From the NCBI GenBank assembly GCA_031280685.1, contig JAITGM010000026.1, forward strand, positions 1,888-65,887: DNA of 64,000 bases, given 5' to 3'. The DNA comes from Christensenellaceae bacterium. GTDB lineage: Bacteria > Bacillota > Clostridia > Christensenellales > UBA1750. Of this stretch, positions 7,491-16,672 are shown in pieces; the stretch's first letter is position 1, and the number at the start of each line of letters is the position of its first letter. The notes under the pieces were generated by a model. The model saw nothing but the letters and a program-made list of their open reading frames with translations. It made no database searches and was not told where the DNA came from. Position numbers and translations under genes: made by a program.

Positions 7491-9218
7491 ATGCGCAAGC
7501 CTTTTACCCTGCTCAGTCGCGGACTGTTTGAGAAGCCCTTTATGGATTCCAAGGCCAAAACACGCACCGTCTCTCGCAAGGAGTTGATCTTGGGCCACCT
7601 GATTGGTCCGTTGGGTCTGATCTTCGTGGTCAACACCATTGCTGCGTTGGTAGAAAAATTCTTCACCCAACAGGTAGGTGCAATCTACGGCACCGGCAAT
7701 ATTGCTATGGTGCAGGCCATGGGCGGCCGATACGAAGTGGTCATGACCGTGGCCAAGCTGCTGGCAGTAGGGTTGGGCCTTGTCAACGGTTGGCTTATCC
7801 AGCATACCCAGTCTCGCCAAGGCCGTATGCGCCCATGGCATTTAATATTCGGCTTTGTCAGCATTATCATTGGCGGCCTTATCTTTCTGTTCCCCGGAGG
7901 GGGCGGTCTGGGTGAGAATTACTGGTTTTATTTCTTTGCTCTTATCATTTGCTACCACACGGTGGGCTCGGTCTACTTTTATTTGTTCAGGGATACCATT
8001 GTCTCCCTGATTTCCCGCAGCCCGAGCGAGAAGTACCGCTTGAAGTTCACCAGGCAGGTGTGCTGGACTCTTATCTCCGGCATGATCATCGGTATGGTTA
8101 TAAATATGGTCGTTTTGCCCCTGTGGCTTGAAAAGGACATCACCGGCTATCCAATCCTCATGATTGGCCTGTCAATTGTCGCCATCCCCTTGCTTCTGCT
8201 GGAATACTTTTATACTCGAGAACGTATCACCGAGGATGTGGCCTACGAGGTTGGCATCGAAAATGAAAACCGCATCCCGCTGAAACAACAGATTCGCGCC
8301 CTGGTTACAAACAAGTACTTCATGATTATTATGATCCTGATGACCGTGGGCGGTATTGTGGACAACTTCAAGGGCGGTAACGTCCAGTACTTCTACATCA
8401 AGTTCATGCTGGATGGCGCCAATAATCCTTTCATGTACACGCTCTATCAGGTGGTCACCGGGATACCATTGGGCCTGGGCGCCATTGCCATTTATCCCAT
8501 TGCCAAGAAGTTCGGCATCAGGAATGTCACCTGGTGTGGGTATCTACTTGTGCTATTGGGCTCGGTGCTTGGCTGGATGATGCCCAGTAACGTGCCGGTG
8601 GCAATGGCCGCAGGCTTTATGCGTCAGTTGGGCATGCTGCCCAACAACTATATCTGGGGTACGCTTCTCCTCTTCTCGTATGACAGCGTAGAGCACAAAT
8701 CCCACGTCCGATTGGAGGGTCTGCTGGGTGTGGCCATCATCGTAGCCATCCAAAACGCCATATACGCTCCCTTTGCCGGCGGGTATGAATCCGCCATTTT
8801 GAGATTGGGCTTTGTGGATATGGAAGGTATAATCCCTGGCGGCAGCATTATCAGCTTTATGACGCTCGCCTTCTATCTGTTCGATATCATCCTGGCAGTG
8901 GCATTTCTTGTTCTGCTGCCGATGCTCGACATTGAGAAGAAAATGCCGGTTATCAGCGCCGAGCTCATCGAGCGCAAGAAGCAGGCCGCTTTAGCCCGGG
9001 GTGAGGAGTGGATTTCGCCCGAGGAACATGAACGCCGCGAGGCCGAGGAGGCGGAGGCCATGAAGGAAGCAGATCGCATTGCCGACCTGAAGGAGCGCTG
9101 CAACAAGAAGGGACTCAACTTCGATGCCGAGAACCGCAAGTACTTGGAGGCAGAGGCCGAAAAGAAAGCCAAGGCTGCCGAGAAAACTGCAAAGAAGGCC
9201 GCCAAGACTCGGAAGTAA
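7491..9218 (+). CDS. Glycoside-pentoside-hexuronide (GPH)/MFS-type sugar transporter with a long charged C-terminal tail
   Basis: ATG 7491 follows GAGAGGAG. There are about 12 hydrophobic segments. The last ~95 aa are Lys/Glu/Ala-rich (EEAEAMKEADRIADLKE...KKAKAAEKTAKKAAKTRK). Confidence 0.75.
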   Translation: MRKPFTLLSRGLFEKPFMDSKAKTRTVSRKELILGHLIGPLGLIFVVNTIAALVEKFFTQQVGAIYGTGNIAMVQAMGGRYEVVMTVAKLLAVGLGLVNGWLIQHTQSRQGRMRPWHLIFGFVSIIIGGLIFLFPGGGGLGENYWFYFFALIICYHTVGSVYFYLFRDTIVSLISRSPSEKYRLKFTRQVCWTLISGMIIGMVINMVVLPLWLEKDITGYPILMIGLSIVAIPLLLLEYFYTRERITEDVAYEVGIENENRIPLKQQIRALVTNKYFMIIMILMTVGGIVDNFKGGNVQYFYIKFMLDGANNPFMYTLYQVVTGIPLGLGAIAIYPIAKKFGIRNVTWCGYLLVLLGSVLGWMMPSNVPVAMAAGFMRQLGMLPNNYIWGTLLLFSYDSVEHKSHVRLEGLLGVAIIVAIQNAIYAPFAGGYESAILRLGFVDMEGIIPGGSIISFMTLAFYLFDIILAVAFLVLLPMLDIEKKMPVISAELIERKKQAALARGEEWISPEEHERREAEEAEAMKEADRIADLKERCNKKGLNFDAENRKYLEAEAEKKAKAAEKTAKKAAKTRK

Positions 9219-9229
9219 TTATAAAATAG

Positions 9230-9273
9230 GCACTGCCTTCTGCGAACCATGAGCCCACGGAAGGCAGTGCTTT
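9230..9273. terminator. Hairpin between the convergent transporter and AraC genes (11-bp perfect stem)
   Basis: GCACTGCCTTC 9230-9240 pairs with GAAGGCAGTGC 9260-9270, followed by TTT. Confidence 0.6.
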
Positions 9274-9295
9274 GGTCATTGTACGTCATCCATAC

Positions 9296-10483
9296 TCAGA
9301 GACTCCGGTGCTTCCTTCGATATTGAGTGGGGGTGACACCAAACTGTTTTTTGAAGACATTTTGAAAGTAGGATTGGCTGGAGAAACACAGATAAGCGCT
9401 AATCTCGGCCAACGTACGGTCGCTGTGACGGAGAAGACTTCGTGCTTTTTCGAGCTTGCACTGCGTGATGTAAGCGCCCACACTTGTTCCCAGCTCCTGC
9501 CGGAAGTGGCTGGCCAAATAAGATTCGCTGCGACCGATATGCCGGGCCACATCCTCCACCCCTATTGGTTCGTTGGTGTGGGCACGGATATAATTGACGC
9601 CGGCATACACATCGGCCGATAGTTCCTCCGGCAGCTTAGACTCTCCCGTGATCCGGCAAAAGTCCTTGAGCATGGAGAACATCAGCGCATAGACCGCATC
9701 AATGTTCTGTAGTTGCTCGCATTCCCGAATATACATATTGATGAGCTGATAGACCTTCTCCACATCGCCTCCGCCGGGAATTGCGCCCAACATACCAGCC
9801 TTTGTCACGGTGACAATGAACAGGTTCTTGGCTTGCCGAAGGGGAGTAGTGGCATAGGTTCCGAATACCATGGGAAATCGGGCAGATTTCAACTGCTTTT
9901 CAAGTGACGGCAAATCGCCTAATTTAATTAGCTGAAACAGTATGCTTTCCCCGCGATATGTGTTTTGCTCCGGATTGTCCGCCAATGGGTCTTGTCGGGC
10001 CATAGTTTTGCCTAGTAGCACGTTTATGTCGTACAAACTACTGGCATATAATTGATCCAAATCCGCGGGTTTTCCGTTAACGCACATATGAATCAAGCTC
10101 AGATTCCACGCAAAGCGGGAATGTGTGATTCTGGGGATTGAGTGAAGAAACTCCCGAATGTCATCCCAGCGCCCCGTGGGAAGCGCGGTATCCGCAATAT
10201 ACGCCCGCACCACCTGTTCGGTTACGGGTGTATCGAACATAGGACCTAAAATAATGCTCAAGGTGGTTCCCTCCACCTGTACCCGGCCATACTCAATATC
10301 CGCACTGTGGCGGCAAAAAGCGGGATTCCCGCTCCATGGCACCAAGTCGGTATCCAATATACCGGAGGGCTCCAGGGTGAGAAGCTCTCCGCCGGAGGAG
10401 TAAATCGCTTTTCTACCGTCAAGCAGTGTAACCGGAATGCTGGTTGCGACACAATAGGCTTTGCAAAACTCAATGTAATCCAT
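9296..10483 (-). CDS. AraC-family transcriptional regulator
   Basis: C-terminal double HTH (IGVEDVARHIGRSESYLASHFRQELGTSVGAYITQCKLEKARSLL...FSSQSYFQNVFKKQFGVTPTQYRR). Divergent from the GH operon. Confidence 0.85.
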   Translation of the reverse strand: MDYIEFCKAYCVATSIPVTLLDGRKAIYSSGGELLTLEPSGILDTDLVPWSGNPAFCRHSADIEYGRVQVEGTTLSIILGPMFDTPVTEQVVRAYIADTALPTGRWDDIREFLHSIPRITHSRFAWNLSLIHMCVNGKPADLDQLYASSLYDINVLLGKTMARQDPLADNPEQNTYRGESILFQLIKLGDLPSLEKQLKSARFPMVFGTYATTPLRQAKNLFIVTVTKAGMLGAIPGGGDVEKVYQLINMYIRECEQLQNIDAVYALMFSMLKDFCRITGESKLPEELSADVYAGVNYIRAHTNEPIGVEDVARHIGRSESYLASHFRQELGTSVGAYITQCKLEKARSLLRHSDRTLAEISAYLCFSSQSYFQNVFKKQFGVTPTQYRRKHRSL

Positions 10484-10576
10484 GGTTATGCCTCCTTATT
10501 ACGGGTTATAACAGATTTCACGGTTTTTTGCAATCGATAATTACAACCACAAGCCGAATTTTACAATAATGAGAAG

Positions 10577-12859
10577 GTGAACAACTTGAATGTTTGGAAA
10601 TCAAATTGGATTTGGTTTCAGGACAGAACAATCGTGCGAGGGCGCACCTGTCTTGCTCTTTTTCGCAGGCGCTTTCTCGTGGACACGCTTCCGCAGCGCC
10701 TTATCCTGCGAATTTCCGCCGATTCCCGATACAAGCTGTATGTGAACAATACATTTGTCGAATATGGCCCAGCCAAGGGCGATGATCAGGTTTGGTTTTA
10801 TGATGAAATTGACATCGCCCCCTGGCTTCGGGAAGGAGAAAACGTGTTGGCGGTAGAGGTTCTCCACTACGGGGTACTCACTCCCGCAAACCACAGTATT
10901 TTTCACTCGGATACCCCCGGTCTCTATGTGGGAGATGTAGGCGGACACGGTTTTAATGAGGGTTGGAAGTGCCGAATGGATGATGGCTTCCGTCAGATAC
11001 CTGAAGGGGATGGCTTCGCCCCACTCCAAGTTTTGGAAGATCGCGATGGTTTCGGGGACCTTGCATGGAAGAACCCCGGCTATGACGACAGCGGATGGGA
11101 AACCGCGGCGGCATACCCATTTGATGCAGTATCCAGAAATATCAGTCCCGGGAATTTGTTCCCTCGACCGATTCCGACTATGCTCAAAATACCCCAACTG
11201 TTCCTGGGAGTCATGGGGGAACGCTGCTCCGCAGTCAAGGAGGATTGGAACGCCTTATGCTACGGTGAGGGCAGGGTGGAAATCCCTGCTCACAGCAATA
11301 TTTGGGTCGAGTTGGATGCCGGAGAACTGACCACCGGCTTTTTGAGTCTTCGGCTCACCGGAGGACAGGGTGCAGAAGTCAAGCTGCTCACAAGTGAGGG
11401 ATATGTTTTGGAGCCGCCGAGCGAGCAACACTGGTTCCCTGTAAAGGGCGACCGCACAGACTGGGTTCATGGCCTCCTCTGCGGCTTTACCGACACATTC
11501 CGGCCATCCGGAGGCGGCACGCCGGAGCTCCCGCAGGAATTTGCGCCGTTTTGGTGGCGTACCTTCCGTTTTGTGCGGCTGGATATTTGCACGGGAGATG
11601 AACCGCTGACCGTTTGCGGTTTTAACTATCTGGAAACCGGCTATCCACTGGATGTGCAAACAGAGGTCACTACCTCTGACAGAAGCTTGACGGATATTTG
11701 GGACATCTCCCTGCGCTCTCTGAGGCGGTGTATGCAGGAAACTTATACGGACTGCCCATTTTACGAACAGCTGCAATACATTATGGATACCCGGAGTCAG
11801 ATATTATATACCTATGCCATATCCGCTGATGACCGGCTTGCACGGGAAACCATTGAGATGTTTTCACACGCGAGGCGATACGACGGCCTCCCCAATTGCA
11901 GCTACCCCAACACAGGGCCAAACATCATTCCCGGCTTTTCCATTTACTATATCCTAATGCTGCATGACCATATGATGTACTTCGGGGACAAGAGTTTCCT
12001 GCGAAAATACTTGGGGACTGTAGACGGGATTTTGGATTACTTTGACCGACATCTTGAGGAAAATGGCATAGTTGGGAAGCTGGGTACGGTAAACAAGGGC
12101 GACTACTGGTCCTTCATTGACTGGAGCCCTGCCTGGCAAAAGACGGACGGGATGCCCTCCGCCGGGCTGAAAGGGCCCATCACGATGGAAAGTCTGCTCT
12201 ATGTGCTGGGGCTGCAAAGGGCCTCTGAGCTTTGCGACTATCTTGGACGACACGATACCGCTCGTGAATACCGCGAACGTGCAGCAGCGTTGCAGAAGGC
12301 TGTTAATATCCATTGCCTCGACAGCGAGGGCATTTATCTGGACGGCCCCGGTGTTTTGGAGTATAGCGTACACGCACAGATATTTGCAATCCTCACCGGG
12401 ACAGTATCGGCAGGAGCAGGAAAACCGCTTTTGGTTGCCGCTCTAGATAACCCTGCAAAATTTGCTCAGTGCTCTGTTGCCATGTACTTCTACCTGTTTC
12501 GGGCACTGGAAAAGGTTGGCCTTTATGAACGCACAGGCGGGTTGTGGGAACCGTGGCGAAAAATGTTGCGAAATCACCTCACCACCTGTGTTGAAAATGA
12601 CACAGACCAGCGCAGTGACTGCCACGCCTGGGGTGCGCTGGCTCTCTATGAGTTGCCAGCCGTCACACTGGGTGTCCGCCCGGCAGCGCCGGGATATGAA
12701 AAGATTGCCGTCAAGCCTATCCCCGGCTGTTTGGACTATGCCGAGGGAACGGTCATCACGCCAAAGGGAACGCTCAGCGTTTCATGGCAAAAACAACCTG
12801 ACGGAACGATAAAATGTAACTGGACCGCTCCGGCAGGAATCGAAATCATTCACGATTAG
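10577..12859 (+). CDS. GH78-like (alpha-L-rhamnosidase-type) glycoside hydrolase
   Basis: N-terminus WIWF...RRRF...LRISADSRYKLYVNNTFVEYGP...NVLAVEVLHYG resembles the bacterial rhamnosidase N-domain. The C-terminal part looks like a six-hairpin fold. The family call is from memory only. Confidence 0.6.
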   Translation: MNNLNVWKSNWIWFQDRTIVRGRTCLALFRRRFLVDTLPQRLILRISADSRYKLYVNNTFVEYGPAKGDDQVWFYDEIDIAPWLREGENVLAVEVLHYGVLTPANHSIFHSDTPGLYVGDVGGHGFNEGWKCRMDDGFRQIPEGDGFAPLQVLEDRDGFGDLAWKNPGYDDSGWETAAAYPFDAVSRNISPGNLFPRPIPTMLKIPQLFLGVMGERCSAVKEDWNALCYGEGRVEIPAHSNIWVELDAGELTTGFLSLRLTGGQGAEVKLLTSEGYVLEPPSEQHWFPVKGDRTDWVHGLLCGFTDTFRPSGGGTPELPQEFAPFWWRTFRFVRLDICTGDEPLTVCGFNYLETGYPLDVQTEVTTSDRSLTDIWDISLRSLRRCMQETYTDCPFYEQLQYIMDTRSQILYTYAISADDRLARETIEMFSHARRYDGLPNCSYPNTGPNIIPGFSIYYILMLHDHMMYFGDKSFLRKYLGTVDGILDYFDRHLEENGIVGKLGTVNKGDYWSFIDWSPAWQKTDGMPSAGLKGPITMESLLYVLGLQRASELCDYLGRHDTAREYRERAAALQKAVNIHCLDSEGIYLDGPGVLEYSVHAQIFAILTGTVSAGAGKPLLVAALDNPAKFAQCSVAMYFYLFRALEKVGLYERTGGLWEPWRKMLRNHLTTCVENDTDQRSDCHAWGALALYELPAVTLGVRPAAPGYEKIAVKPIPGCLDYAEGTVITPKGTLSVSWQKQPDGTIKCNWTAPAGIEIIHD

Positions 12860-12871
12860 GAGGATATCAGC

Positions 12872-15307
12872 ATGAAACAACACATCCGTATCCACAAAGC
12901 CGAGCCCAATATGGGAGCTTTGGATTTCTCGCATCTACTGGACGCCCCCGCCGGTAAGCACGGTTTTGTCCGGGCATCCAAGGGCCACTTTTACTTTGAG
13001 GACGGCACGCGCGCCCGGTTTTTCGGTTTTAACATTGCCGCTCGTTCCAATTGTCCCGACCATGAGACTGCCGAGAAAATGGCGGATAGGTTTGCAAGCA
13101 TGGGTGTGAATATCATCCGTCTCCACGCCGCTGATGCGGCCCCGGGCGATGCACCCTGTTCCTGGACTGCCCGGAAGGACGCGCCTCTGCTCGACTACGA
13201 CAGCGGCAACACCCGAAGCTTCAACCCCGAGGGGCTGGATCGCTTCGACTATTTCTTTGCAAAGCTTAAAGAAAAGGGCATTTACCTCCACATCGACCTA
13301 CTGGTGGCGAGGGAATTTCTGCCCGGAGACGATTTGGACTATCCCGGCGGATTTCCCGCCACGGCAAAGTGCTATCCGGTGCTAAACGAAGGACTGACCA
13401 AGCGGGCGCAAGAATACGCAAAAGTCTTGCTAACCCATGTGAATCCCTATACCGGCCTTGCTATCGTGGATGATCCTGCGGTCATTACCGTCCAGCTTTC
13501 CAATGAGGAATCCGCCATTAAAGGCACAGATGATACAAACTGGAATCCTGAACTGCAGCCCTACCGGGATGAGCGGCAGAAGCGTTTTAATGAGTATCTG
13601 CTCGCCAAGTATCACACTCGTGAGAAGCTGGCGGCGGCATGGACATTTGAGAACATCTGCGCCCTCAAAGAGGACGAAGACCCGGCTGCCGGGACTGTGG
13701 GGGTGGTGCAAGGCAGCTTTGTCCAGCCAACCAATGAGCCTATGGGTCAGTGGGATGCCGATATAGGCCCCGCCCGGTATGCCGACTATATGGAATTCGG
13801 CATCCTGATGAATAGAAAATTTTACCAGAGGATGCGGGACTACGTGATTTCCCTTGGTGTCAGGGTTCCTGTGGTCTGCTCCAATCTACTTGGCGGCGCC
13901 GCCGATGTTTATGGCCACTCGGACGGCGACATCATGGAGAACAACTGCTATTTTAACCACCCCATCCCGCCCTTCCGGGATGACAACACCTACACCCTTG
14001 CCGGGCCAATGGAGTATGTCTCCGCAAATCCCCTCACGATGCAGCAAGGGATTGGCGCGCTGGGCAACACGTTGCTTTCCCTTGGCTCGGTGGCCGTTAT
14101 AGAGGGCAAGCCTTTCATGCTTTCCGAATGGAACGAGTATGGGGAACACCCCTTTCATTCCACTGCCACTGTCCACACTGTTGCCTACGCCTGCCTCAAC
14201 GACTGGGACGGCCTTATCCTATACAACCACCACACCTCGGAAAGCTGGGACGATCAACCCGCCGATGAAATTCTGAATGTATTCGACTGTTACAATGACC
14301 CCGCCGTTATCTGTCAGTGGGGCTTCATGGCCACCATGTTCCTGGGGGGACTGATTGCGCCCGCCAAGAATCGCGCCGATGTTGTATTCACACAGAACGA
14401 TCTGCGGACGCTGCCTAATTTCCACACCATGCCCAACTGCTTCCTTCCCTACATCACACAAATGCGCAATGTATTTTTGGATGGCGGGAATGCCTATCAG
14501 GGAGATGCCGATGTAGCCATCAATGCAGGCTTCCTCAACGGCGGCGACTTGCGGGACGCCAAACACGCCGTCTACTATGCCTGGAGTCCCTTCCGGGATG
14601 CCTGGCGGCAGTCCATGGATACCCGGCGGCTGGCTTTGGCGGCGGAAGGCACAAAGGAAGTAGAACCTGGGGTTCATCTTGGAGAGCAGACGCTGGTGCT
14701 TGACAATATTACCGAAGCATCTCAGATGGGCGACTACCGCAAGGTTGCCGCTATCTTCGATAAAGCGTTTAAGGAATGGGGCTTATTGAGCGAGGACACC
14801 GGCTATGTGGACGGCAAGCTCATCTCGGACACGAAGGAATTGTGCTTTGACCCCGACCATTCCCGCTTTTCCATCCGCACCCCCTACTGCGGCTATTTCT
14901 CCGGCGCACCGGAGAAAAATATCGTTCTTTCCGATACCATAACCGCTCAGGTGAACAACGAGCGCATCTCCATCTCCCTGATTCCCGTAGGTCAGAAGGA
15001 ACTTAGCGGCGCAAAGGAATACCTGCTGAGCGCCATGAGCGACACCGGCATGGACGAGACCACCATGTCCCCCGGCCCGGAGGTCATACCCGGATTTGCC
15101 TTTACAATAGTCCACTTTGCCGGCAAGCTCTACGCCGATACGCTGGAGGGGGCTATCACGGTAAAGGCCACTACCGCCAAGCTGGAAGCGATGGACCCGG
15201 TGGGCAATGTCCTCGCGACGCTCGAAGGACAGAAGAGCAATCAGGGCATCCGTTTCGAGCTGGACGGCACGATTCCGGCAGTCCAGTTCCGGCTAATCAC
15301 CGAGTAA
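12872..15307 (+). CDS. Large clan-A (TIM-barrel, GH5-like) glycoside hydrolase, 811 aa
   Basis: FFGFNIAA...MGVNIIRLH, VQLSNEESA (NE acid/base-like) and MLSEWNEYG (nucleophile-like) motifs. It lies within the GH operon. Confidence 0.5.
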   Translation: MKQHIRIHKAEPNMGALDFSHLLDAPAGKHGFVRASKGHFYFEDGTRARFFGFNIAARSNCPDHETAEKMADRFASMGVNIIRLHAADAAPGDAPCSWTARKDAPLLDYDSGNTRSFNPEGLDRFDYFFAKLKEKGIYLHIDLLVAREFLPGDDLDYPGGFPATAKCYPVLNEGLTKRAQEYAKVLLTHVNPYTGLAIVDDPAVITVQLSNEESAIKGTDDTNWNPELQPYRDERQKRFNEYLLAKYHTREKLAAAWTFENICALKEDEDPAAGTVGVVQGSFVQPTNEPMGQWDADIGPARYADYMEFGILMNRKFYQRMRDYVISLGVRVPVVCSNLLGGAADVYGHSDGDIMENNCYFNHPIPPFRDDNTYTLAGPMEYVSANPLTMQQGIGALGNTLLSLGSVAVIEGKPFMLSEWNEYGEHPFHSTATVHTVAYACLNDWDGLILYNHHTSESWDDQPADEILNVFDCYNDPAVICQWGFMATMFLGGLIAPAKNRADVVFTQNDLRTLPNFHTMPNCFLPYITQMRNVFLDGGNAYQGDADVAINAGFLNGGDLRDAKHAVYYAWSPFRDAWRQSMDTRRLALAAEGTKEVEPGVHLGEQTLVLDNITEASQMGDYRKVAAIFDKAFKEWGLLSEDTGYVDGKLISDTKELCFDPDHSRFSIRTPYCGYFSGAPEKNIVLSDTITAQVNNERISISLIPVGQKELSGAKEYLLSAMSDTGMDETTMSPGPEVIPGFAFTIVHFAGKLYADTLEGAITVKATTAKLEAMDPVGNVLATLEGQKSNQGIRFELDGTIPAVQFRLITE

Positions 15308-15327
15308 TGTGGAAGGAGGATAAAGCC

Positions 15328-16659
15328 ATGAGCTTTCCGAAAAATTTTCTCTGGGGGGCCGCCAGCGCCGCCTATCAAATAGAAGGGGCCTCGAGCGATG
15401 ACGGAAAAAGCCCCAGTATCTGGGATGCCCTGAGCGAAGGCCGCGTGAAGCACTTTGAAAACGGCAATGTGGCCTGTGACCACTACCACCGCTACAAAGA
15501 GGACGTGGCCCTGATGAAGCAAATTGGGCTGAAGTCCTATCGTTTTTCCGTCGCCTGGAGCCGCATTATTCCCGAACCGGGCAAGGTGAACTCCAAGGGA
15601 CTGGCGTTCTACTCCAATCTGGTGGACGAGCTGCTTGCCGCCGGAATCACCCCCCTGTGTACCATCTACCACTGGGACCTCCCCATGTGGGCCCATGAAA
15701 AAGGAGGCTGGTTGTGGGAGGGAATCTCCGACGCCTTTGCCGAATACACCCGGGCGCTGGCAGAGGGGCTAGGTGACAAGATCACCCACTGGATGACCAT
15801 CAACGAGCCCTCTGTTTTTGGCGATTTGGGCTACCACCAGGGCACGCACGCCCCCTTCTGCCCCTGCGATGAAAACGCGCCGGAGTACCTTTGGCGGATA
15901 TGCACGGTGACGAAGAATATTCTGTTGGCCCACGGCAAGGCGGTGAAGGCTCTGCGAGAGCATTGCGCCAGGGCCCCGCAAGTCGGTCTGGCCCTCACGG
16001 GAACCATCTTCACGCCGTGGGAAGAGACGGCGGAAGGGATCGCCCAGGCCAAGGCAAGCACGTTCAACCCGGCCTTGAATCTTCACAATGTCCACTGGTG
16101 GATGGACCCCGCAATGGGCATGGAGCCCCAGCAAGAGCTTGCCAAATATCTTACGGAAGTGGACAAAAAAATCATCGCGCAGCCACTGGATTTTATGGGC
16201 TTTAACTGCTATCTCTCGGATAACTTCAACGACCATGGAAGCAAACCCAATCCTCATGTCTATCCCGGCCTGCCCCGAACTCTGATGGGCTGGGCCATCA
16301 CCCCCACGGTGCTCTACTGGGCAATGACCTTCTTCCATGAGCGTTGGGGCTTGCCCATGATGATTACCGAAAACGGCATGGCTAATATTGACTTTGTCAT
16401 GTCGGACGGCGCCGTCCACGACCCGCAGCGCATTGAATATTTGAAGGGGTACCTCCATGGCGTCAAGCGGGCGGTGGACGACGGTATTCCGGTGTGGGGC
16501 TACCAGTACTGGTCTATCCTGGACAACTTTGAGTGGGCGGAGGGTTACGACAAGCGCTTCGGGCTTATCTATGTGGACTATCCCACACAGAAACGGGTTT
16601 TGAAGGACTCCGCCCTTTGGTATTCCCATGTCATCGCAACAAATGGCGAGGAGCTGTAA
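15328..16659 (+). CDS. GH1 beta-glucosidase
   Basis: FLWGAASAAYQIEG, acid/base TINEP and nucleophile ITENG motifs. ATG 15328 follows GGAAGGAGG. Confidence 0.9.
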   Translation: MSFPKNFLWGAASAAYQIEGASSDDGKSPSIWDALSEGRVKHFENGNVACDHYHRYKEDVALMKQIGLKSYRFSVAWSRIIPEPGKVNSKGLAFYSNLVDELLAAGITPLCTIYHWDLPMWAHEKGGWLWEGISDAFAEYTRALAEGLGDKITHWMTINEPSVFGDLGYHQGTHAPFCPCDENAPEYLWRICTVTKNILLAHGKAVKALREHCARAPQVGLALTGTIFTPWEETAEGIAQAKASTFNPALNLHNVHWWMDPAMGMEPQQELAKYLTEVDKKIIAQPLDFMGFNCYLSDNFNDHGSKPNPHVYPGLPRTLMGWAITPTVLYWAMTFFHERWGLPMMITENGMANIDFVMSDGAVHDPQRIEYLKGYLHGVKRAVDDGIPVWGYQYWSILDNFEWAEGYDKRFGLIYVDYPTQKRVLKDSALWYSHVIATNGEEL

Positions 16660-16672
16660 GGAGGTTGGGTCT

